Part shown: positions 54,653-64,000 of the stretch, piece after piece | How positions within the stretch are numbered: the stretch's first letter is position 1 | Layout: every line of letters starts with the position of its first letter | Origin: Adineta vaga | Lineage: Eukaryota; Animalia; Rotifera | DNA: 64,000 nt | Direction: 5' to 3' | Assembly (NCBI GenBank): GCA_021613535.1 | Contig: CP075494.1 | Coordinates: forward strand, 14,446,001-14,510,000 | Translations under genes and position numbers: made by a program | The notes under the pieces: model-generated | Told to the model about the DNA's origin: nothing | Database searches by the model: none | Seen by the model: only the letters and a program-made list of their open reading frames with translations

Positions 54653-56992
54653 TTAGAAAGGTAATCTTTTTAAAAGCACATCGGTATCAATATTCATTGG
54701 TAAATCACCAAAGATTGAACCTCGATTAGGTCCAAGACGTGATGCACAAAAAGCATCGCTAACACTTGGTGGTAGACGACGAACAAGTAGGGCACCTTGA
54801 AGACATAAAGCTAATTGTGTTGCTAATGTTCGAGCGTGACGTTCAAGCATATTAACTGAAAGATCTTTCGATAATAAATGTTTTTCAACATGTTCAACGG
54901 CGGCATCTAAATGTTTATTTGAACCTTTTGTTTCGTGAATAAATGATAAATAAGCTTGTAAAGATGCTGGCGATTTTTTCATTGAACGAAGTATATCTAA
55001 GCAAATAACATTACCACTACCTTCCCTAAAACACGAAAAATCATAACATAGAAACGAATAGAGATATAGAAATTTAAATCTTTTACCAAATACTATTTAA
55101 TGGTGCTTCACGATAGATACGTGGCATCATAGATTCTTCAACATAACCAGCTCCACCAAGACATTCTAATGCTTCATAAGTTGTTTCAGGTGTTCGTTTA
55201 CATATCCAAAATTTAGCCAATGCGGTAGCTATACGAGCTAATGCTACGATTTCACCAGTATTATTCGAATGAATATTATTGTAAGTTGCATCGAAAAGTG
55301 TGGCTAGATACATAACAAGTGCTGTGGCCGCTTCGGATTCAAGTAATAAATCAACTAATACTTGTTTCATCAACGGTTGATCAATCAATAACTGACCAAA
55401 TGCTTTACGATGACGTGCGTGCCAAGTTGCCTAAGATAAAACCAGATGCATCGACATGTTTATATGTGAAAACAACTTTTTTACTTGAACTAATGCTTGC
55501 CGCATTAATGCAGCACTTGATGTTGCACTGTCTAATCGTGTTCCATTAATCATTTCTAGGATAACTTTCACGCCATCGTGTTCTTTGCCCAATAACCACT
55601 ACGATAAATCTCATCGGTAAGAATTTGTTGAGATACAATTTGGAATCTACTTACACCTTGAGTATTATTGAATTCAATTTCACTTGATGCATTGGAACGA
55701 TTGCCAAGTTTATCTTTTAATCGTTGTATATAGAATGGATTGCGTTCACCATTAGGTAACCAACGTGGAACAAAAAAACAAGATGGAATGTTAGTAGATG
55801 ATGATTTAGGATTGTTATCATTATGAATTTGAGCAAGTACGAGAAAACCATCACTCATCGGTGCAGAACAGAACCATCTAATAAAACAAAAAGGACGATG
55901 ATAATATTCGATTGAAGTTTAGCGATATGACATTCTCGAAAAGTGATCAATTGATATAACTATAAAAGATCACTTTAGTTTTTACATACTTGTGACCAAC
56001 AAGAACATAACGTTTTTCTTCTGCATTATCACAATAAGCTTTCGTCGTATTTGCTCGTACATCACTACCGCCTTGTTTTTCTGTTAATGCCATACCTAAA
56101 TAAAAATATTCTCACAAATCAGAAAACATATTTCGATCGAGATGAATCTTACCGATAGTTAATCCAGTTTTAATATTCGCTGGTAAACATCGTGAATCGT
56201 ATTTTCGCGATAAAATTTTATCCAATGGAAAGCTATTCGTCAGTTTTTTACTTGTACAATGAAGATAACGATGAAGAACTGGATAACCAGAATAAGTCAT
56301 TGACAATGGACAACAAACACCTGCTTCTACTTGTGTCAAAATATATAATCCTGCCTTGAAATATACAATGAAATAATTTCACATTTACGTATATATTGCA
56401 TTCAAATATGTACCGTATGTTGTAAATGACCATGTGGATTGAAACTTGTTGTCGAGCCTGGTAATGATTCCCAAGCAACGGAATGAACCTAAAGAATAAA
56501 AAGGATATAGAATTTATTTCCAATCGTATGTGTTCAACTGACTCCATATCTCATTCCAACTTGCATTAGATCATGATAAACAGGATGAAAATGAACTTCG
56601 TCAATACGTTGTCCATAACGATCAAATTGACTTAATGTTGGTGGATATCGATTAGCTGTTTGACCTTGTTCAAGCCAATGAAATGTACCCAATTCAACTC
56701 CCATATCTTTGATTTGTCCTTTATTTTCTTTTGTAACAAATTCTCGTAATGTTAAATCAGTTTTATATAGATCATTATATTCAAGTGGTGGAACTTGATT
56801 TGTAACTTGATGAGTGAATTGATGAGTTACTGGTCGTCGTGGTGGAGTATTTGAACTAACTGATGACTCATTGTCATTCTTTTGATCTTGTTGCTCAGTT
56901 TTATTATCATTAGTTATAGAAACTCTTGCTTGAGTTACTACAGTTCGTTGTAATAACTGATGATTAAGAAATGAAAGACGAGGTCGTAACAT
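54653..56992 (-). CDS. aidB: AidB-like acyl-CoA dehydrogenase family flavoprotein, 7 exons
   Basis: THQVTNQVPPL, FDRYGQRIDEVHFHPVYH, EAGVCCPLSMT, GMALTEKQGGSDVRANTT, GHKWFCSAPMSDGFLVLAQ, LKDKLGNRSNASSEIEF, EALECLGGAGYVEE and YREAPLNSIWEGSGNVICLD are motifs of bacterial AidB. Six GT-AG introns. Confidence 0.88.
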
Positions 56993-58474
56993 AAGTGCGT
57001 CGTTTCTGAAAACAAGTAAATTAAAGATTATATGAGAGATTTTATTCGAAAAACACTAGCTTATGATCAGCTTCATTTTACAATTTGTGAAATATTTAAA
57101 AGTAGAAGGCAACTAGTTCGATTAACCTGAAAGAGCGAAAGAAAAAGTTTCCTCTCTCGTGATAGGAAGGGAATGATAAACTAGACCGATATATTCTCTC
57201 TCTCTCTATCTCTCTCATTCTCCATATATCGTAATAGGGTGTCAAGTTATTTTCGTTTTGTACATTCATTTTAGAAAGATAAATATAAGGGAAAGTACAG
57301 TCACAAGTCACACCTATTCCTTTCAATTTCACTCGAACGATGCATACAGTTCTGATTAGTATTTCAGAAATATCCATCCATATTAGTACATAGTTCATTA
57401 ATAGATGTCATACAATGACGGACATAAGTTTTTTGAACACATCGAGATAAATTACTAATTCTTCTTCAATAATGAAATCAATTTTAGCAAAAGTTTTTGA
57501 CACGTATTTGGTTCTTTTTTTATTTCATATGTTCAAATGAATTCTTCTAAGAACAATTGAAAAACTATTGAATATTCTTTAAATAAAACATATTCAACCG
57601 ATAAGATTTAATCATCTGTCATTTTCCGAAAAAGAAACATTCATTTACGTATAGGTATTTTCTATTTTTTTTTCAAGTCTTAATTATCAATTATAGAAAA
57701 ACGAAAGGAGAATTTTCAGAAACAAAAAGTAAGAGGCCTGTTATGTAAATAAACGTTACAACAGATAACACAGATACAGTTAACATACGCGAAATGACAT
57801 TTATATTGTTGTTATCGTCGTCGTTTTCTTTCCGACTACTGTTCGTTTACCTCACTTGAATTACACAAATACACACGGTACAACAGAAGAACAATCCCGA
57901 TGTGAAAATTTAAAGGATGGATACAAAGCAAATAGTCATTCGATCATTTGGTCGTTTACATTGAAAAAGAAAAACAAATACAAGTTGAAAAAGCAAAAAA
58001 AAACAAACAACTAACATATATATATATATGTATATAACTGTTCTTTCTCGTTCTAAATGAACATACACGCACGGGTTATAGGAACTAAGAAATTTCTTTT
58101 GTTTTGTTTTTTTTTCTGAAAAATATGTAATCAACACAAAAGCTTATATGTATATCTATATATAGGTAAAAAGAAAATGAAAAGAGATCATAGATAGAAG
58201 AGACTGTTCATCAGATTCATCAACACGTGTACTCTAACGCAAGCGAAACGCAAGAAAAAGACTGTTCTGTGTTTGTTTCGGTTGACTAATAGAATAAAAG
58301 AGAAGAGCAACCAACCGGGAACACACAAGAGACAGTAAAAAATAGAAATAACCCGAATAAAAGACACGAAAAAAGAAAGGGTAATGAATAATTAAGGATG
58401 CAAAATAATTTAAAGAAAATACACACGACAAATGTAAAGAGAGACAATGGTATCTGAATAAACAAAAACAAAAC

Positions 58475-61342
58475 TCAAGTTTGCTCGTTGGATACTTGTT
58501 CATTATCTTCCACAAGATCAATTTCGTCATCATCATCATCATCTTCTATACCTGCATCATTTTGTTCATCAAGGATTTCTGCATAGGATGAATAATCATC
58601 GGTCATTAAATCCTCATTATCATCGATAGAATAATCACTTTTCATATCATTGGTTGATTTTCGATTAGATACATTCGAATTCGTATGTTGTTGTTGCTGT
58701 TGTTGTTTGAAAACGGCTAGAATTTGTGGATTATGTTCACAACGACGCATATGTTTTTCTAATGTGCTTGCCACAGAAAATGGCATAGAACAATAACGAC
58801 AATGAAATGCTTCATTGCCACCACGACCATGAGTTTTCATATGACGTGTTAATTTTGATGATTGAGCACATGCATATGCACATAGTTCACATTTATATGG
58901 TTTTTCTCCTAAGAAAGAAATCAATGGAGATTGAAAGATTTCAAAGAAGGTTAAATATCTGAACCACTTACCTGTATGACTTCGACGATGTACAGTTAGA
59001 TTTGAACAATTTTTAAAGACTTTTCCACAAAATTCACATGTATCATTTCGCCGATCACGTTTCACAAATCGTTGTGAAGCAGGACTAGATACACGACCAT
59101 TATTCGAATTTGATTGATTTAGTGCTCGAGATTGATGTGAAGAATTTTCGTCAGGTGACAGTTGAGAATGATCCATCAGATTTTGATCACCGGTATTATT
59201 ATTTCCACTTGTTATTGATAGATTGAGTGCAGCTGTTGTACTTGGAGATGTACCTGATAATGATGGAGATGAACGTGTAGAAATTAAACCACCACCACCA
59301 CCACTATCAATAATTGAATCTAAACGAACAGATTATTCATATTTAGTGAAAATATTATTCTCATAGTTTACTTGACTGTGGCGATGATGAATTTTGTTGT
59401 AGTGTTAAATCAACATCTGTTGATGGTACCACCGATCGAAATGCTTGATGTAACCATTGAAAATTCTCATTAGTTGAAGTTTCACTTGTTATTGAATCTA
59501 ATTCTGATTTTTTCCTTGATATTGATTGATTATCATCCGCATTGGATGATTCATTTTTAATAGATATATTCAATTGTTGTTGCGTGACACCATTTGATAA
59601 ACGAGTTGGTTTACGCTGATGACGTTTTCGTTGCGATTGAGATAATGGTTGCTGTACGGATGTTTCAATAATATTTGATTTTGCTGTATTTTGATGTATC
59701 GATGTTCCTCGTTCATCTTCAGATGAAGATAAGTAAAGAGACCGCGTTGGAGAACCTGACGGATGACGAGAAGAATTCGCTGATGCTGGAACAGGTCGTT
59801 TACGTTCCAATTCATCATTATTACCAGAATCAGTTGGTCGTCGTCGTTTTTGATGTCGTGTATTGTGACTGATATCTATATGTCGAGAAAACGAAGTGAA
59901 AAGTTCAATTTCACAAGAAATATTTTACCTTCACGATTATGTACATTTTTGTCTGAATCAGTTGGAGTCTAGAATGACGAGGAGAAAAAAAAATAATGAA
60001 ACGAATAGTTAGTTCAATTGAAGAGAAAAATTTCTTACACGCATGGTTTTTGGTGTAACAAACTGTGGATCTGTTAACGATATTGTATCATTTTTAGTTT
60101 TATCTTTTCCACATGTTTGACATGAATGATGTTTTGCTACTTCAGTAAGCAATTTAGCAATCGAACTTGATTGATGAGCAACTTCTTGTAATAAACTTGG
60201 ATATGAAGAAGGTGGAATTGATGAAACTAATGTTGATAATGGTCCATTAACCTTCGAATGGATACCTGACGGATGAGAATTACCATCCTTTGCTGATCGA
60301 AACGATAATAATTGTTGTTGTTGCTGCTGCTGTTGTACTGATCGAGCAGCATTAGCTGCTGCAATCAATTGATTCGAAGCGAATGTTGTTGATGATGTGA
60401 GTGATCGATTTGACGATGTGACATCTTTTAATGCAGTTTCAAGTAGAGTAAGATCTATATTTGATAATGATGAACCAGTTGATAATGAACCATTAGCTAT
60501 TAACCCTGTTGAATGGGTATTAATTGAAGGATTTTCATTGAGACATGTACTATACATTTTTATACCATGTAAACGTTGATAATGTTGAATGAGATACCAT
60601 GCTATAAGCAAATAAAAAAAGAAAGATAAAAATTAGATGAATATTATGGTTCATTTTTTTACCTGTACTATATACATCACCACATTGACTGCATTCAAAA
60701 TTATAAGGTTCAGCTATAAGAAAATTAACGAGAAAAAAAAGAAATACATTATATTACAGAATGGTCGATAGATAAAGATATACCTGTATTATTTGATGTA
60801 TTGGCATTAGTATCAGCGAGTACCTTAGACAGATTTGATTGTTTTTGTGATGTCTGTTGTCGATGAATTCGGTGTATAGCATGTTCAGGTTCATTTCCAC
60901 ATAATTGAATTTTCTTTTCACTATCTTCTTCATCGCCATCACCTTCATCGTCATCTTCATCATTATCACCTTCTCGTTGTCGTTGTTGGGATACAAAATA
61001 GGGAATTTGACGTTTATTTTCTTTATTACCACACACAGCTTTATGTTCAATAAATTTAACAATATCCGATAATTGAAAATCTTGTTGACATGAGCCGCAT
61101 ACGAGCATATCGATGAATTTTATACGATTGTCGGTAATTTGTGAGGAACTGTTCGTATTAGTACTGTTCATTGAAAGCATCATTTCTGCTGTTGATAATG
61201 ATGATGATGATTTCATTGTCGAGCGTTTCGATGATCTATCATTTGTATTAGTGTCATTGCCACCATTGGTCTTCATCATTGATAATAATCGATTACTACT
61301 GCTGGTCATGGTCAGCAGTGGCTCAACAGTACCGTTGAGCAT
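58475..61342 (-). CDS. BCL11: BCL11/CTIP-like zinc-finger transcription factor
   Basis: CCHC finger [53 protein letters not shown], and C-terminal triplet [51 protein letters not shown]...[18 protein letters not shown]. Confidence 0.9.
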
Positions 61343-61649
61343 TCACTCTACAAATAATCACTTAATGGATTACGTAAATATATTATCAATAATAATGGAA
61401 AGAATAGATATGTCAGATATTGCGAAATACGCATCTCTTCCATCTACACAGAATAATACAACGATTCAAGATTAGAAGAGAAAATGAGAGAGGGATCTCG
61501 TAACTTGTTTAGTTTTATCAAATACAAAAACAACTTTGTTTTACTCTAATAAAGTCTGTTGCATACTAGATGTAATTATATATTGTGTTACTTAGTGATA
61601 AAATGAATGGGAACAGACCGATAAAAAGGCTGAGAAGGACATAAGTTCA

Positions 61650-64000
61650 ATGTATTGGATAATAGCTAGTGAATAAGTGTTCTGTCACACACACGCACAC
61701 CCCTATATACATATATATATATATAGATGCGCAAGCGCATGCACACATACAGTGCATGCATACACAGGAGAAATAGCCTTGTCCTTCGCATTGGATTAGA
61801 TGATGGTTGTGCGAAGAAAGAATGGAGAAGGAGGACAAGAACGAATGCTACACAGTCGTAGTCGCCATGACGTAAATTAGACATGCAATCATCTTTTACT
61901 CGCATTCTCTCTCTCTCTTGCGCGCGCGCTCTTTCCCGCCCGTCGTCGACATCGTCGTCTCTCGTCTCGGACTTTTGTGTCCGCCATATGGAAGAAAAAA
62001 AAGAAAAGGAAAAAAAGGAGGACGACGAGAACAGGAACAAGAAGAGGATGAAGAGTAGTAGACGAAGAGAGTGTGAGAAAGAAAGAAAATCGTTCGGGCG
62101 TTGGTATTCAACACAACATTGCCATCAACATCATTCGTTGCAATAGTTGCTTGTTGATGAAATGGGAGTCCGCAGGCATGCTACCCATCCGGCCTAAACC
62201 ATCTTTCATGCATTATTTTCTTCTTTTTTTTCTTCTCGTCGGTTCTTCGTATACTAAAGAATATAGGAAAACATTGGTATTTGAATGGGTCAGGCTATAT
62301 CTCACTTAGAAAATTAGCAAAATACGAACCGATCAAATGTCAACTCAATTAAAACACATCTATTATATCAATCGAAAGAAAACGAACAGATGATTTATAT
62401 GATTGCTGACGAGACATAGTATCTATGTTATCGGGTCAGATGTTGATGTGACTTAGCGAGACAGAAATTGTATATTACATACTTAAAACACATTTATTTG
62501 AATAATGCAATCGTAGTCGTTGTCGGCAATGAAATATATATGTATATATATAAATATTATATGTGTATATTTGATGGGTGAAGTGACCGTTAATGACGAC
62601 GTTCTTTCTTTTATACTCTCTTGTCCTCTACTCTCTTATTTTGTTATGTCCTTGCACACTGATTGTGTGCGTGTGTATGCATGTGCGCGGAAAGAGAGAG
62701 AGAGACAAAGACAGAGCGCGAGCCGAGAGCAGCGAACGGGCGAAGACGAAGTGAGGGGCAAGCAAGCGCGAGCGAGAAAGAGAGTAAAAAGGACAGGACA
62801 GCACAAGGATAGAAAGAACGAGAGAAAAAAAATGCATTACAATGAAACGGACGATTATTTGATGTTTTACCGTTGGTCGTTGTTCGAGTGTTAGTTGGTG
62901 ATGGTGACGACGTTCTCTTCTTCCTTTCTCGCATTACATTTGTTTCTCTCGCTCTCTTTCTCTTTCTTTTTTGCGTTGCATGCAACATCTGGTTTGTCCA
63001 GCCACATGATGTTGCCTGTTCTTCTTACTAGCACTCGATTTTTTTTCTGCTGTTCTTCTTTTTCTCTTATGAAAAGACCAACGACAGCGACACACAATGT
63101 AACAACAACCTATTTTCCTTCATCATCATCATCATCATCATTGTCGTCAGAGGATTTTCGAGAGCAGTATAACACGTCCATCTCTAACGTGCCATGTGTG
63201 CACTATTAAATATGTACTTTATATCTAGGACGTTCCTATACAAGTTTTTGATATTGTTTTCTGAAAGAATTTTTTTAATGATGCTGTCGCCAATGTCAAA
63301 ATGACCAGCAAAATCATAGCGAAAAAATTGCTTTTGCAATATTCAATTCAAGAGTACCATCGATGATTATTGGGAAAAGAAATGACGAAGAAAAACGCTT
63401 CAACGAACGGACATAATAATAATGATGATGAAAGAGAAATTACCTTCTCCTTCGATTTATTGTTTGATTGGCCTTGTTGCCCGATCTTGTTGGCCTTTTG
63501 TATATGCAACTCGTGCTCTTTTTCTTCTTATTCTCATTCTTTCCTTTTTGCTTCAACCATGCCGATGGTCGATAGTAATGGTGAAGTAATCCATGTAGAT
63601 TAAATCAACATGAGTCGAGCGAGCGAACGAAGGAACGCGTGAGTGAGAGAGAGAGGGAGAGGGAGAAAAAAAAGAAGACTCGACCAACACAAGCGAAGAA
63701 AGATAGAGAGAAAGAGAAATATCAAGACCGAGCAATGTAACTAAGCGCGTGTGCACGACGGGGGACACCTTCTATAGCCTTGCTTTGCATGTCTGTCTCG
63801 GTTTTCTCTTCTTTCTTTTTTTTTTCTTACTTTACCCAATGCCTTTCGGTCTTCGATGACGACGACAACATACACATAACACATCACAGTCGCCCAGTGT
63901 CTTGAACGCAATAAGAGTCTAAGCAGTGGCGGACGAGCGAAACTTTTTTTCTCTCGGTTTTTTCTTTTCATACTGATCTACTCGTCCGACGTTGACACAC
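61650..64000. promoter_or_regulatory. Extended non-coding region upstream of BCL11-like, rich in (GA)n/(TA)n/(CA)n and CG-containing tracts
   Basis: No credible ORF. The composition resembles the GA-rich region upstream of alpha-tubulin (6650-7150) and the 250-2300 region. A regulatory or UTR role is inferred. Confidence 0.4.

Noticed and set aside
61647-63971. Many short ORFs, including MSRQQ... near 62417 as a possible BCL11 first exon
   Set aside because: They are repeat-derived, and the MSRQQ frame does not match MSRRKQxxP and reaches a stop without a convincing donor.

Overview
AT-rich, intron-dense animal genomic DNA with mostly 45-65 bp GT-AG introns. The F-box/LRR families, MITE types and an intron-containing bacterial-type gene point to a bdelloid rotifer, though this is inference. 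Two gene-dense, mostly conserved blocks are present. The first (2.8-11.3 kb) holds ZMPSTE24, STX17-like, alpha-tubulin and TTBK-like. The second (33.4-61.3 kb) holds a TIR-domain gene, RAB18, DDX31, MFSD10 with a nested LRR receptor gene, TMEM26, troponin C, a calmodulin-like gene, an AidB-like acyl-CoA dehydrogenase and a BCL11-like gene. Between them lies a ~22 kb accessory island of DNA-transposon debris, pseudogenes, F-box genes, a degenerate Rab and a HIT-like gene. The most striking object is missed by the ORF track: a minus-strand F-box gene (18997-21442) whose substrate-binding part is a tandem array of 11 near-identical 139-141 bp units plus a terminal unit. Each unit is one 84-nt phase-0 exon encoding a single 28-aa LRR plus a nearly invariant intron, and amino-acid variation is concentrated on the predicted concave ligand face. 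It is a candidate modular, diversifying intracellular recognition system. All gene models were spliced by eye and no database searches were run.
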